In this document: one piece after another, positions 10,199 to 20,043 of the stretch | Layout: every line of letters starts with the position of its first letter | Position numbering within the stretch: position 1 is the stretch's first letter | Sequence record: PZ445517.1 | DNA: 64,000 nucleotides | Origin: a phage | Strand: one strand, 5' to 3' | Notes under the pieces: generated by a model | Database searches by the model: none | What the model saw: the letters and a program-made list of their open reading frames with translations, nothing else | Told to the model about the DNA's origin: nothing | Program-made: the position numbers and the translations under genes

Positions 10199-11214
10199 TG
10201 TGTTGCCTCTACATATAGCTGATTCGCATATTGAATAAGTGCTTCACGGTCAGAATCAGTGATGTCTGGAATTGCATTAATGTATTCTTCCATCAACGTC
10301 TGAAGAGATTGAACTTCAACTTCTTCACTTTCATCTGACTCGACAGAGTTATCAATTTTTGACACAACTCGTAATGAATGCACAACTTTTTCTAGTTCAG
10401 ATTCGAACTTCGTCAGATTTTTGTCTACCTCAGTTACTATAACACGTACTGATAGATTTGTAAAATCTTTATAGTCAATTTTTCCTTTAAATGGATAATG
10501 AATTCTACGATGCCAGGTAGTATTGTTTGGAATAAATTCCATTCGTTCTGTTTCTGTATCAAACATCCAGAACCCACGAGGGTCATTCTCGTCACCTGCA
10601 GTTAGTGTCCATGGTGTCCCAATATATCTGACGTTAGCAGCCTCAGAGATAGTATGGAAGTGACCAGACCACACTTCTTTATAAGTCTTAAGGAAATCAG
10701 GTTCAAGACCATGAGATTTCATTCCTTTATAAAAATAAAATCCGTTCAGTTCCCAGTGACCAACGCAAAAAGAAGCAGATGAAGTTTTGATGTGTTCAAG
10801 AATTTCACCAGTATTTTCTTCACACATCCAAGGAATTAAATCAATTAAACATCCGTCAAAATCTACTGTAGTAGGCTTATCATACACTTTAACATTAGGA
10901 TATTTAGCCAAAAGCTCAGTAGAGGCATTTGGATGCATTACATTTTTATAGTGGAGATCGTGATTTCCTACAATAGTATGTAATGTAATTCCAGCATCAT
11001 CAAGCGTTTGAACTATTTCACGAGCGAACTCCATAGTTTTATGTGTGATTGCTTTTCGCACATCAAAAATATCACCATATTGAATCCATACAGTAATTCC
11101 ATTTTTCTTAGAATATTCTATCGCTTGCTTAATTCCATCAATTTGAATACCGCGAATCCACTCATCATCGGCTTTAACGCCTAAATGCCAATCACCTAAA
11201 TTTAAAATTTTCAT
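10195..11214 (-). CDS. 47: recombination nuclease subunit gp47 (SbcD/Mre11-like phosphoesterase)
   Basis: 339 aa, T4 gp47 length; metallophosphatase motifs (GDWH, GNHD). Confidence 0.93.
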   Translation of the reverse strand: MKILNLGDWHLGVKADDEWIRGIQIDGIKQAIEYSKKNGITVWIQYGDIFDVRKAITHKTMEFAREIVQTLDDAGITLHTIVGNHDLHYKNVMHPNASTELLAKYPNVKVYDKPTTVDFDGCLIDLIPWMCEENTGEILEHIKTSSASFCVGHWELNGFYFYKGMKSHGLEPDFLKTYKEVWSGHFHTISEAANVRYIGTPWTLTAGDENDPRGFWMFDTETERMEFIPNNTTWHRRIHYPFKGKIDYKDFTNLSVRVIVTEVDKNLTKFESELEKVVHSLRVVSKIDNSVESDESEEVEVQSLQTLMEEYINAIPDITDSDREALIQYANQLYVEATQ

Positions 11215-11377
11215 ATATCAAGAACCGTCATTGAAATGCAAAATAAAATTATTGAAATAAACCCATCTGGTGTGCTAAAGAACCCAATCCAACATGCTCT
11301 AGTGAATAGATAAAATGCAAGAAAAAGTATCACATATCCAAGAAATATCATTATATCAAACTCCGTATAAAGCTAAA

Positions 11378-11389
11378 GGGCCGAAGCCC
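11378..11389 (-). terminator. UUCG-type hairpin immediately after a-gt stop
   Basis: gggccgaagccc followed on the transcript by U-rich tract. Confidence 0.5.
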
Positions 11390-11390
11390 T

Positions 11391-12593
11391 TTATTTTGTA
11401 ATAATGTCAAACTGTTCTTTAAAGCAGAAGCTTGAATCTTGATGCTGATACAAAAATTCATATGCTTTTTCTCGCTCACGGTCATAAAGAGCTCGGTCAG
11501 ATGACAGTTCTTTAATACGTTCAAATGTTGATTCCATATCATTTTCATCAAACCAAATGATACCGCTATCATGCGAGGTCAAAGGAGTATTATCAACACG
11601 GAATTTTAAATTTTCGCCAGTAGATTTCCAAAATACCGGAATTGTTCCACATGCACCAAGCTCGAGATGAGTATATTCTAAAGAACGTTGTAGATATTTT
11701 TTGTCCAACTTACTCAGCTGATAACCAAATCCGGATTTACTCATGCGTTCAAGCATTTCGCTATTTACATAACGGTCAAGAATTTGCGTTGGCAAATTAG
11801 GAGCAATTTTAATTTGGTCTACTTGATGAAGACGATAATACTCGTATGGAATTCCTTTTTCTTTAATAGGAATGAACGCTGGAGAACGTTCCAGACCTTC
11901 CATAATAGTACTTAGTCCTGCAGGTTTAAGATGTTTTTCGTGAAAATCAAACATCTGATAAAAACCTTTCCATGTAGTCGTACGACCAATCCAACGGTTG
12001 ATATTCATGTTAATTTCAGAAACATCTTTCCAGTAGGTTGACCGAACCTTCGCAATATCCATAGGAGGCTGAAAGTTATATACTGTCGGTGCTTCTTCAA
12101 TATCATCAAACAGAGAAACTGTTTCTGGATACCATTCTTTCATCAGAACTTTATTAAAATCGCCATTATCAGAATGACTAAAAATAACATCAGCTCGACG
12201 AACAGTTTCTTCTAATCCCAAATTTCGGCGCAAAGAAAGAGAAGAATGGTCATGTTGATAAACTACAACACGAACAGAAGGTTTAATGTTATCAATAATT
12301 TTTTTATAGTTATTAATAGTGTCTTCTTCAACCGAAGTAGCAGGAACTGAATTGATAATTAGAATATCACAATCATTTACCAGCTTAAGTGTTTTATCAT
12401 ATTCTTTTGCCAATAAAACCGGAATTGAAAATGATTTATAATCATGCGCGCAATTACGAGTAAATGATTTATCTTTAGCATAAACCAAAGTTACTTCATG
12501 ACCATTTTTAATAAACCAATCACGTTGCTCAAGAGAAAATTTAGTTACACCACAACCTTCAAGACCTCGAGCCATAAAAATACATACTTTCAT
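11391..12593 (-). CDS. a-gt: DNA alpha-glucosyltransferase
   Basis: 400 aa, T4 AGT length; N-terminus MKVCIFMARGLEGCGVTKFSLEQRDWFIKNGHEV resembles remembered T4 AGT. Confidence 0.9.
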   Translation of the reverse strand: MKVCIFMARGLEGCGVTKFSLEQRDWFIKNGHEVTLVYAKDKSFTRNCAHDYKSFSIPVLLAKEYDKTLKLVNDCDILIINSVPATSVEEDTINNYKKIIDNIKPSVRVVVYQHDHSSLSLRRNLGLEETVRRADVIFSHSDNGDFNKVLMKEWYPETVSLFDDIEEAPTVYNFQPPMDIAKVRSTYWKDVSEINMNINRWIGRTTTWKGFYQMFDFHEKHLKPAGLSTIMEGLERSPAFIPIKEKGIPYEYYRLHQVDQIKIAPNLPTQILDRYVNSEMLERMSKSGFGYQLSKLDKKYLQRSLEYTHLELGACGTIPVFWKSTGENLKFRVDNTPLTSHDSGIIWFDENDMESTFERIKELSSDRALYDREREKAYEFLYQHQDSSFCFKEQFDIITK

Positions 12594-12643
12594 TTAATAT
12601 CCTCTTTGTTTTGGTTTATTTTACCAAAAATTTATAAAGCAAT

Positions 12644-12663
12644 ATAGGAGCCGAAGCTCCTAT
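12644..12663 (-). terminator. UUCG-type hairpin (GGAGC-UUCG-GCUCC)
   Basis: ataggagccgaagctcctat upstream of a-gt. Confidence 0.45.
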
Positions 12664-12836
12664 CCACATAATACGCCATACAGAGGCTCGTTAGAACTTT
12701 TAAATTTTATGCGCTTATATGTTATAGTTCCTTCTGCTTTAGCTTTATCATGAGACTCTTTAAAGCGTCTCATCATTTCCTCTTTAGAGGAACGAATTTT
12801 ATTATAATCTATTTCAGAAGTCTGGATGTTCATCTT

Positions 12837-13043
12837 TCACAGTTGCCACCATTTTTTGACTTGATAAGAATCAACCCACACTTTCATATTAGGGTCTGCT
12901 CTTACAATAGGAGGATTAACTTCTTTAATTGAACTATCATGGTATTCTTTTTCAGAAATTTTCACACAAAGATGACCATTCAAAGATTCAGTAAATCCTG
13001 CATTAATTTTAAGACGCTTGAATTTTACGTGTGTAAGCATCAA
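12837..13043 (-). CDS. hypothetical protein
   Basis: 68 aa ORF in co-directional gene string. Confidence 0.45.
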   Translation of the reverse strand: MMLTHVKFKRLKINAGFTESLNGHLCVKISEKEYHDSSIKEVNPPIVRADPNMKVWVDSYQVKKWWQL

Positions 13044-13326
13044 TCATATCCTCAATCTGTGATCTAGTAGTCTTCCAAAGAATACTAATGAGTTCATCGT
13101 TATATGGTTGTTTTAGAATATCCCGACTTTTCTTGATAGCATATTCGTATTGAGCAAAATTATTGTTTTCAGCTGCAATCTGAGCGTGCTTATAAAGACG
13201 ATTCAGTTCGCGTTTGTTTTTAGACAATAACTTATTTGCTTTTCTTTCTGCTTCAAGACGGTTCTTTTCTTCAATAGAAGAAATAAGCTTTTCCACTTCA
13301 TCATTAATTTCGGGTTTATCAGTCAT
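13009..13326 (-). CDS. hypothetical coiled-coil protein
   Basis: 105 aa ORF. Confidence 0.5.
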   Translation of the reverse strand: MTDKPEINDEVEKLISSIEEKNRLEAERKANKLLSKNKRELNRLYKHAQIAAENNNFAQYEYAIKKSRDILKQPYNDELISILWKTTRSQIEDMIDAYTRKIQAS

Positions 13327-13327
13327 A

Positions 13328-13573
13328 TTATTTCTCTAATATAAAATAAAAATCATCATCTGTTAAATGATACCGATAGTTTAATTCTACACCATTAGAT
13401 TTAAAAGCGGTATCATACGGATTTTCTGGATCAATATCAATGTCAAGAGCTAAAACTTCCCTGAGATACATTTTAAGTAAATAGGGAATAGCTTCAACTT
13501 CAGGTATTTCTTCCAAGAATCCGGAGAGGTTAATCGTTAGCCTCATATAAAAAATCCAAACTAGGAGAATCAT
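13328..13573 (-). CDS. hypothetical protein (start uncertain)
   Basis: 81 aa ORF; 5' end overlaps gene 55 3' end, true start may be internal. Confidence 0.4.
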
Positions 13574-14087
13574 CTACAACACTTTTCTTTTCAGCCCCCG
13601 GTGTTCTATAGGTTGATTCTTCGTAATGCGTCATTTTATCGTAGATGTCTTGAATAAAAGTTTCATCTACTAACGCAACCATATCGTCGTCACGGCTGTC
13701 ATAGACATTGTGAACGAAGTAACTATATTTCTTTGCAACTTCCTTACGTTCTTTTTTAATACGTTGGACGAATGCATTAAAACAAGCTTGAGTTATATAT
13801 GCATGTGGGTTTTTATATTTCGTTTCATCAAAATTATGAAGCCCCTTAATAGAAGCTTCTATACCATCTGCAATCATTTCTTGTTTCCAAGACTGGGTGT
13901 ATCCTGAAAAGTTGAAACGTTTAGATAAGCCTTCTGCAATAAGCATAATGGCTAATCCGATAGTATCATTCTGACGAACTACTTTATTTGGGTCTTTATT
14001 ATTTGCTAATTCTGTTTTCCAATCAATAATAGCTTGTAAAAGCTCTTTATTGTTTACGTAATTATATTTAGGCTTAGTTTCTGACAT
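13530..14087 (-). CDS. 55: late-transcription sigma factor gp55
   Basis: 185 aa from ATG 14085-14087 with AGAGGTGAAA SD; T4 gp55 length and position. Confidence 0.88.
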
Positions 14088-14165
14088 TTTCACCTCTTAG
14101 CTCAATTCATAGATCTATTATATCATAATATTTGAAGATCTATCTTAAAGCATAGAGGATATCAG

Positions 14166-14435
14166 TTATCTAAGTAAACAGTATGCTTGGAATACTTTTT
14201 CCATCATCTTTTTAAATTCATGAATATCTATATAATGACTAGTTAGATCAGCATGATATAAAAAGTCTAAAAACTTTTCATGTGTGCTAACATATTCGCT
14301 TTCATTTAATTCAGAAACATGGCTTTCCCAATATCCAACACCAGTCTTATTTGGGAAAAATGAAATTTTCATGCATTGATCAACATAGAAAATGCCATAA
14401 TTTTCAATAGTAATAGAAATATTAATAAATTTCAT
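14166..14435 (-). CDS. hypothetical protein (55.x series)
   Basis: 89 aa ORF. Confidence 0.45.
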   Translation of the reverse strand: MKFINISITIENYGIFYVDQCMKISFFPNKTGVGYWESHVSELNESEYVSTHEKFLDFLYHADLTSHYIDIHEFKKMMEKVFQAYCLLR

Positions 14436-14647
14436 ACATTCATCAGCTTAGCCGCTCCAAGAGCTGCATCTAGTGAATCAAATTGGTCAACATATTCAAT
14501 CAATTCGCCGTAATTGGCATATAACCACCATTGGCTAAATTCATACTCAAGGATGAATCCATTTCCTTCAATTTGAGTTAAACCAATGTCATTTGTATTT
14601 ACTTCATACCCAGCGAGACGTAAATCGTTAATAAGAGCTTCGTTCAT
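14432..14647 (-). CDS. hypothetical protein (55.x series)
   Basis: 71 aa ORF, stop/start overlap with neighbours. Confidence 0.45.
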   Translation of the reverse strand: MNEALINDLRLAGYEVNTNDIGLTQIEGNGFILEYEFSQWWLYANYGELIEYVDQFDSLDAALGAAKLMNV

Positions 14648-14649
14648 AA

Positions 14650-14976
14650 TTATACCTTAGTAATTTTCAGGTCTGCAAATTTTTTCTTGCGTTGATTTTT
14701 CATGCGACGAATAGTTTTATCGGAAATTTCATGCTTTTGATAAGCTTTAGATTCTACACCAAAAGCTTTAACATCAAATTCTGACAAGATATATTGAACC
14801 AACAATTCACGGATAGTATTACGTCCAATCTTCTGATCATTCTGTTTCATCGTCTGATGAAGCTCTTTTTCCCATTTATCCAAAATTTGAGGAGTTACAA
14901 TATCGCCTTTTTCTAGCAAAGAAACTACTTTATCATATGCGTAAGAATTGATGGCGTTTTTAATTTGAATAGTCAT
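14650..14976 (-). CDS. hypothetical protein (55.x series)
   Basis: 108 aa ORF. Confidence 0.5.
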   Translation of the reverse strand: MTIQIKNAINSYAYDKVVSLLEKGDIVTPQILDKWEKELHQTMKQNDQKIGRNTIRELLVQYILSEFDVKAFGVESKAYQKHEISDKTIRRMKNQRKKKFADLKITKV

Positions 14977-15014
14977 ACATTATTCTCAATTACGTTAAAA
15001 TTTTATTATCCAAA

Positions 15015-15030
15015 AAGGGCCGAAGCCCTT
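15015..15030 (-). terminator. UUCG-type hairpin
   Basis: aagggccgaagccctt in intergenic spacer. Confidence 0.45.
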
Positions 15031-15229
15031 AGCTAAACTTTTTGGCACCCTTCCAGCCTTCATACATCATTGCGGCTGATATTAATATTGCTCCTGAGCA
15101 ACTTGAATATTTGTGATTCCAAAACCAGTTTAGAAAAACTTCGTCATCAATACCTTGGGCTATCATATTTTCAAAGAACTGACGACGAGCTTCGGCAATT
15201 CGCTGCGATAATTTAGATTCAGGATTCAT
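15029..15229 (-). CDS. hypothetical protein
   Basis: 66 aa ORF. Confidence 0.4.
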   Translation of the reverse strand: MNPESKLSQRIAEARRQFFENMIAQGIDDEVFLNWFWNHKYSSCSGAILISAAMMYEGWKGAKKFS

Positions 15230-15361
15230 TTAAATTTTCCAGTTACCATTTTCATCAATAAATTTAATCCAGTCATTTACTGACCACTTAGTTGTATCAC
15301 CTTTTGGAGTAACATTTAAAGTGTATAACCCCTGCTTAAAAAGCATTCGTTTGATATTCAT
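15230..15361 (-). CDS. hypothetical small protein (43 aa)
   Basis: ATG 15359-15361 with GAGGAAAAT SD; track ORF extended upstream into neighbouring gene. Confidence 0.4.
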   Translation of the reverse strand: MNIKRMLFKQGLYTLNVTPKGDTTKWSVNDWIKFIDENGNWKI

Positions 15362-15368
15362 ATTTTCC

Positions 15369-15662
15369 TCAGCTGTAACGATAACACTCGTTTGATTTAC
15401 GTTTAGCAACTCGTTGAGAAGTATTATAATCAAAATCATCGTCAATGTAAACTGATTTTTTCAACTTTCTTACTTCACCGCGTAATTGACGATTTAGCTC
15501 ATCTTTAACTTCTGAATCAATACCTTTCATTCTACGCCATTTATCTGAGCGAAAAATGTTTTCAACCATATCTTTATGACTTACACCATCAGGAGCTTTA
15601 CGCTTTCCGAAATAGTCATAATCACGTACTTTTAAATCTTTACGACGATACGTTTTACCCAT
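15369..15662 (-). CDS. hypothetical basic protein (97 aa)
   Basis: ATG 15660-15662 (MGKTYRRKDLK...), overlaps upstream ORF stop. Confidence 0.5.
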   Translation of the reverse strand: MGKTYRRKDLKVRDYDYFGKRKAPDGVSHKDMVENIFRSDKWRRMKGIDSEVKDELNRQLRGEVRKLKKSVYIDDDFDYNTSQRVAKRKSNECYRYS

Positions 15663-15831
15663 GGAGTTTAATTTCCTTAGCAACTGAACTAAATACAGCA
15701 CGATCACAAACCATGCGTTTGTTCCATTTAATCACAGTATAATGAACATCTAGATCATCGACTGCTGTAACAATAACGATATGTCCGTTAACACGATAGT
15801 ACTGGTCAATTTTAATCTCTTTATCAACCAT
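15655..15831 (-). CDS. hypothetical small protein (58 aa)
   Basis: ATG 15829-15831 with GAGGAATTGAT SD just downstream of early promoter; MVDKEIKIDQYYRVNGH... Confidence 0.45.
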   Translation of the reverse strand: MVDKEIKIDQYYRVNGHIVIVTAVDDLDVHYTVIKWNKRMVCDRAVFSSVAKEIKLHG

Positions 15832-15855
15832 ATCAATTCCTCAAAGGTAATTCAT

Positions 15856-15894
15856 ATGTTAATAATACCACGGTTTGAACCTGTTGTAAACAAC
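15856..15894 (-). promoter_or_regulatory. T4-type early promoter
   Basis: gtaaacaactttgtgaaaaa (rc GTTTAC plus UP element) and TGGTATTAT -10 on minus strand. Confidence 0.55.
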
Positions 15895-15972
15895 TTTGTG
15901 AAAAATATTTTAGGGAATGATAAGAAAGGAACGATAGCTTAGAATGGTAATATACAGAATGTGAGAAAGAAA

Positions 15973-15985
15973 GGCCCAGAGGGCC
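15973..15985 (-). terminator. GC-rich hairpin (GGCCC-AGA-GGGCC)
   Basis: Upstream of the nrdH stop on the plus strand, i.e. on the minus-strand transcript just downstream of nrdH. Confidence 0.4.
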
Positions 15986-15989
15986 CGTC

Positions 15990-16313
15990 TTAATCTTCTA
16001 TGATATCTCTATCATATCCAAGTGAAATGAGAGTTTCTTTGAAGTGTTTAATGTTCTTTTGTCTAGAATCATTAATGAAAATGACTGGATAACGAATGTT
16101 AAGAGATGTGAATCCAGCGCGTTTAGCAAGAGATACAATCAGTGGACGATCATACTCAATCTTACCGTTATTTGTAAGAACTTTATAGAAAGTAAAAGGA
16201 GCATTGAGCTCCTTTAGAAGTTTTGTAACTGATTGACATCCAGGACAACGACCTACTTCATCTGGAATTCCATAGACTTCAATCTTATTCTTTAAGTTCG
16301 AGTTTTGTTCCAC
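15990..16313 (-). CDS. nrdH: glutaredoxin-like protein NrdH (start uncertain, possibly GTG)
   Basis: CPGC redox motif after beta-strand KIEVYG; GTG at 16311-16313 with AAGGA SD gives 107 aa; the ATG at 16410-16412 would overlap the upstream ORF heavily. Confidence 0.5.
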   Translation of the reverse strand: MEQNSNLKNKIEVYGIPDEVGRCPGCQSVTKLLKELNAPFTFYKVLTNNGKIEYDRPLIVSLAKRAGFTSLNIRYPVIFINDSRQKNIKHFKETLISLGYDRDIIED

Positions 16314-16596
16314 GAGAAATAATTCCTTGGTAAGCCCAATAAGGAGGATTAACAGAATCCTCACCAGAGTTTTCTTCAGGAAAATAAACCTGGATAACAA
16401 ATCCAGACGCATCAAAGGTAAAATAAACCGTAGGTAGTTCACCTAACAATTCGGCACGAGTATTAATTTCTTCGAGATCTCGTTCACGTCCAGCCCAAAA
16501 ACTAGGATTTAGACTACATTCGTAAAAATAATAGTCATTACCGAACATATCAAAACCCTTCCAACTCTCTACCACATACCGCTCAAAACTAATCAT
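16285..16596 (-). CDS. hypothetical protein
   Basis: 103 aa ORF. Confidence 0.5.
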   Translation of the reverse strand: MISFERYVVESWKGFDMFGNDYYFYECSLNPSFWAGRERDLEEINTRAELLGELPTVYFTFDASGFVIQVYFPEENSGEDSVNPPYWAYQGIISRGTKLELKE

Positions 16597-16598
16597 AA

Positions 16599-16814
16599 TT
16601 AAGCCTTTTTATCAAGAACAGAATTCAGTTTGTTAGTAATTTTATCCAGACGCTCATTAAACTCACTAGAAGATAAGCCCTTTTCTGGAGAAATTAAACT
16701 AATAACGAAAAATATAGCAATAAAAGGAATAAGGAAAATAGCTCCAACTGCCATAAACAGAAAGAATGTTACAGTTGTAAGAAAATCAGCTAAACCTTTA
16801 CGAAATTTATACAT
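16599..16814 (-). CDS. small membrane protein
   Basis: 71 aa with central hydrophobic helix. Confidence 0.5.
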   Translation of the reverse strand: MYKFRKGLADFLTTVTFFLFMAVGAIFLIPFIAIFFVISLISPEKGLSSSEFNERLDKITNKLNSVLDKKA

Positions 16815-16929
16815 ATTTTACCCTTAATTAATTAACAAAGCATTGATAAGTACTAAACTATATTGGGAATAAAATTCTGGACCAAAATGAAAAATCATAT
16901 CATTTATAGTATCCATAATGCAATTCAAT

Positions 16930-17400
16930 TTAATCATGTTTCCACACCCCATCGGTATTTGACCAAAGTCGCTGATTATCTGATCCTCGCCACAGCTTTT
17001 TAGTCGGAAGATTTTTCTCATACTTCCCATCAATAATAACATCAACATATTTAAGCATTTCTAGTTGTTTAATATCTTCAAACTTATATCCTGTCCACAA
17101 CCAAATGCTTTTATTGGGATAAAGATTTTTAATAGTTTGAACCACAGAGTGAATCACGTCTCTGTTATCAGGATAAAGAGGGTCACCTCCGGTTATAGTC
17201 AATCCTTCTATATAATCATTATTCAAACATTCAATTAATTGTTCTAGTGTTTCACCAGTGAATGGAACACCATTTCTAGCATTCCATGTTGATTTATTAT
17301 AACACCCTTCGCATTTATGCAAACAACCCGTAACGAAAAGAACTGTCCTGCATCCAGGACCATTAACAAAGCAGCACGGGTATATTCTGTCATAATTCAT
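16930..17400 (-). CDS. nrdG: anaerobic ribonucleotide reductase activase NrdG (radical SAM)
   Basis: 156 aa, T4 NrdG length; CxxxCxxC motif (CLHKCEGC). Confidence 0.9.
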   Translation of the reverse strand: MNYDRIYPCCFVNGPGCRTVLFVTGCLHKCEGCYNKSTWNARNGVPFTGETLEQLIECLNNDYIEGLTITGGDPLYPDNRDVIHSVVQTIKNLYPNKSIWLWTGYKFEDIKQLEMLKYVDVIIDGKYEKNLPTKKLWRGSDNQRLWSNTDGVWKHD

Positions 17401-18229
17401 TTATATATTTCCAATTATAGCCTTCAACACTTTTACGTTCGCCATTTAAACATTTTAAAATATTTCCTTTGCTAGAAATATTAAAATATTTTGCTGCGTC
17501 TGGTATATAATTAAATGTTTTTAAAAGAACACCATCTTTATATGCGCCAAATAAATTAAGAGTATATTTTTCTCGAAGACGCTGATGTTTCCTTTTCATA
17601 ACCTCAGGATTTGCATACGCCAACTTCAATGAATTTCTGTGTTTTTCTTTTACTTCAGGTTTTTGCATTGCTAACTTAGTTAGCCTGGAAATTTTATTTC
17701 TAACTTCGTCAGTTTTCATTGCATTTGACAAATTTAATAAAGTTTTATTTCTAACTTCAGGTTTTTGCATTGCTAACTTAGTTAGTTCTCTATGTCTTTT
17801 TCTAAAATCGTCATCCTTCCATATATTTTTCGATAATTTTGACATAGAGCGGTGAAATAATTCCTTTTCACTGGAATACAATTTAAAAATTTCATCCAAT
17901 TCATCCGCATTAAATCTATCGGTATTCGAGTTTATCATTCTATGAAAGGCATAACACATTTTACTATTGCTTGTTTTAGCTAAATAGTAATGAGCTAACG
18001 CATGGTCATAATATGACAAATTAACAATATTCCATTTATCTGTTTTATATTCAGGAAATATAGATTTGGGAAGCACGTGATGTGCTTCCGTTTTTCCTTT
18101 TATTTTAGGATTATTATAATTTTTTGTTATCAAATCAACATATGACAATAGTAAATCATTATTTTCTTCAAATATTAAAGCTAATTTATCATTCACAAAA
18201 TCGCAAGGATAAAATCTATCATAATTCAT
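17390..18229 (-). CDS. HNH homing endonuclease, mobC-like, wedged between nrdD and nrdG
   Basis: EAHHVLPKS HNH motif, repeated KLAMQKPEV NUMOD-like modules, C-terminal GYNWKY; ATG overlaps nrdD stop (ATGA); first 13 codons mimic the nrdG start. Confidence 0.75.
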   Translation of the reverse strand: MNYDRFYPCDFVNDKLALIFEENNDLLLSYVDLITKNYNNPKIKGKTEAHHVLPKSIFPEYKTDKWNIVNLSYYDHALAHYYLAKTSNSKMCYAFHRMINSNTDRFNADELDEIFKLYSSEKELFHRSMSKLSKNIWKDDDFRKRHRELTKLAMQKPEVRNKTLLNLSNAMKTDEVRNKISRLTKLAMQKPEVKEKHRNSLKLAYANPEVMKRKHQRLREKYTLNLFGAYKDGVLLKTFNYIPDAAKYFNISSKGNILKCLNGERKSVEGYNWKYINEL

Positions 18230-20043
18230 TGGTGTTTAACCCTATGCATGATTTCTTTATTTTTACCGAGATTAAATCCGCGTTCATTCGGATTTCCCAA
18301 ATAACCACATGTTCTTCTTATTGTGTTCATCTTTTTAGGATCAGTTTCTCCACAGATAGAACAAACAAATCCGTTTTCAGTAGGAGTCATTTCATGGGTA
18401 CTTCCGCATGTAAAACACTTATCTACTGGCATATTAACACCAAAATAATCTAAATGCTGTGCAGCATAATCCCACACGGCCTCAAGACCTTTTAAGTTAT
18501 TTTTCATATCTGGAAGTTCAACATAAGAAATGTGACCGCCGGTCGCTATGAAATGATAAGGCGCTTCACGAGAAATCTTTTCAAACGGAGTAATATTTTC
18601 TTCTACTGAAACATGGAAACTGTTAGTGTACCAGCCTTTATCGGTAACATCCTTTACACTTCCATATTTTTCTGTATCGAGTTTACAGAAGCGATAACAA
18701 AGGTTTTCAGCAGGAGTAGAATACAAGCTAAAAGCAAATCCAGTTCTTTCAGTCCACTGTTTAAGACGAGCATTCATTTTAGTTAAAATTTCTCGTCCAA
18801 TATCACGACCTACAAGAATATTCAATTCGTGAATACCAATGTATCCTAGAGACACTGAACTTCTGCCATTTTTAAATAACTCAATTATATCGTCATCAGG
18901 TTTAAGACGAACCCCGAATGCACCTTCTTGGTAAAGAATAGGAGCAACAGTCGCTTTAACTCCTTTTAAGGAACTAATTCTACACATCAAAGCTTCAAAA
19001 CACAAATCCATTCGTTCATTGAACAATTCAACAAATTTCTGTTCATTGAATTGTGTTCCAATATAAGAATCTAACGCGATACGAGGAAGATTCAGTGTTA
19101 CAACACCGAGATTATTACGTCCATCAAGAATTTCATTACCAGTCGAATCTTTCCATACACTCAAGAAACTACGGCAACCCATTGGAGAAACAGGAATAGA
19201 TGAACCGGTGATAGCTTTATTATTCTTAACTGAAATAATATCAGGATACATTCTTTTGCTTGCGCATTCTAGAGCGAGCTGCTTAATATCATAGTTCGGA
19301 TCGTCTTTATAAAGATTAACACCTTCTTCAACGAACATAACAAGCTTAGGGAAAATAGGAGTTATCCCATCACGGCCAAGACCTTTAATACGATTTTTCA
19401 GAATTGCTTTCTGAATCATTCGTTCAGTCCAGTCAGTTCCCGTACCAAACGTAATTGTTACAAAAGGCGTTTGTCCGTTTGAACTAAAGAGAGTATTTAC
19501 TTCATATTCATAAGCTTGGAATGCATCGTATACGTCTTTTTCTGTTTTAGATTGGGCGTAATTCAACGCATCAGCGATTTGCCATTTTTCTGCGTCCTCA
19601 ATATGTTTTGCATAGGTGCGTTTAACATAAGGAGAAAGTACTTTATCTACATTCGCAAAAGTCGTTCCGCCATATTGATGAGAAGCAACCTGTGCAGTAA
19701 TTTGTGCCATAATTGCAGTAGCAACGCCGATTGATTTAGGAGTTTCAATCTGTGCATTACCGAGCTTAAATCCGTTCTCAAGCATTCCTTTTAAATCTAC
19801 TAAACAGCAATTAGTAAATGGAAGAGCAGGGGAATAATCAATATCATGGAAATGGATAATTCCGCTTTCATGCGCTTTCATAATAAAAGACGGGACCATA
19901 TTTTTGGCAATGTGTTTAGACACAATACCAGCCATAAGGTCCCGTTGAGTTGGAAAAACACGAGAATCTTTATTAGCATTCTCGTTTAAAAGGTCTTTAT
20001 TAGTTTTATGAATCAATCCTTCAATTTCTTTTTCAATTGTCAT
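18226..20043 (-). CDS. nrdD: anaerobic ribonucleoside-triphosphate reductase NrdD (glycyl radical enzyme), uninterrupted
   Basis: 605 aa continuous ORF; glycyl radical motif RTCGYLG near C-terminus; no intron. Confidence 0.93.
   Translation of the reverse strand: MTIEKEIEGLIHKTNKDLLNENANKDSRVFPTQRDLMAGIVSKHIAKNMVPSFIMKAHESGIIHFHDIDYSPALPFTNCCLVDLKGMLENGFKLGNAQIETPKSIGVATAIMAQITAQVASHQYGGTTFANVDKVLSPYVKRTYAKHIEDAEKWQIADALNYAQSKTEKDVYDAFQAYEYEVNTLFSSNGQTPFVTITFGTGTDWTERMIQKAILKNRIKGLGRDGITPIFPKLVMFVEEGVNLYKDDPNYDIKQLALECASKRMYPDIISVKNNKAITGSSIPVSPMGCRSFLSVWKDSTGNEILDGRNNLGVVTLNLPRIALDSYIGTQFNEQKFVELFNERMDLCFEALMCRISSLKGVKATVAPILYQEGAFGVRLKPDDDIIELFKNGRSSVSLGYIGIHELNILVGRDIGREILTKMNARLKQWTERTGFAFSLYSTPAENLCYRFCKLDTEKYGSVKDVTDKGWYTNSFHVSVEENITPFEKISREAPYHFIATGGHISYVELPDMKNNLKGLEAVWDYAAQHLDYFGVNMPVDKCFTCGSTHEMTPTENGFVCSICGETDPKKMNTIRRTCGYLGNPNERGFNLGKNKEIMHRVKHQ

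Noticed and set aside
11351-11572. 73-aa ORF overlapping the 3' end of a-gt
   Set aside because: Out-of-frame overlap with a confidently identified gene and a start inside the intergenic hairpin; no independent support.
18226-20043. Looked for a T4-like group I intron with I-TevII inside nrdD
   Set aside because: nrdD is one uninterrupted 605-codon ORF; no intron-sized insertion or intron-encoded ORF inside it.
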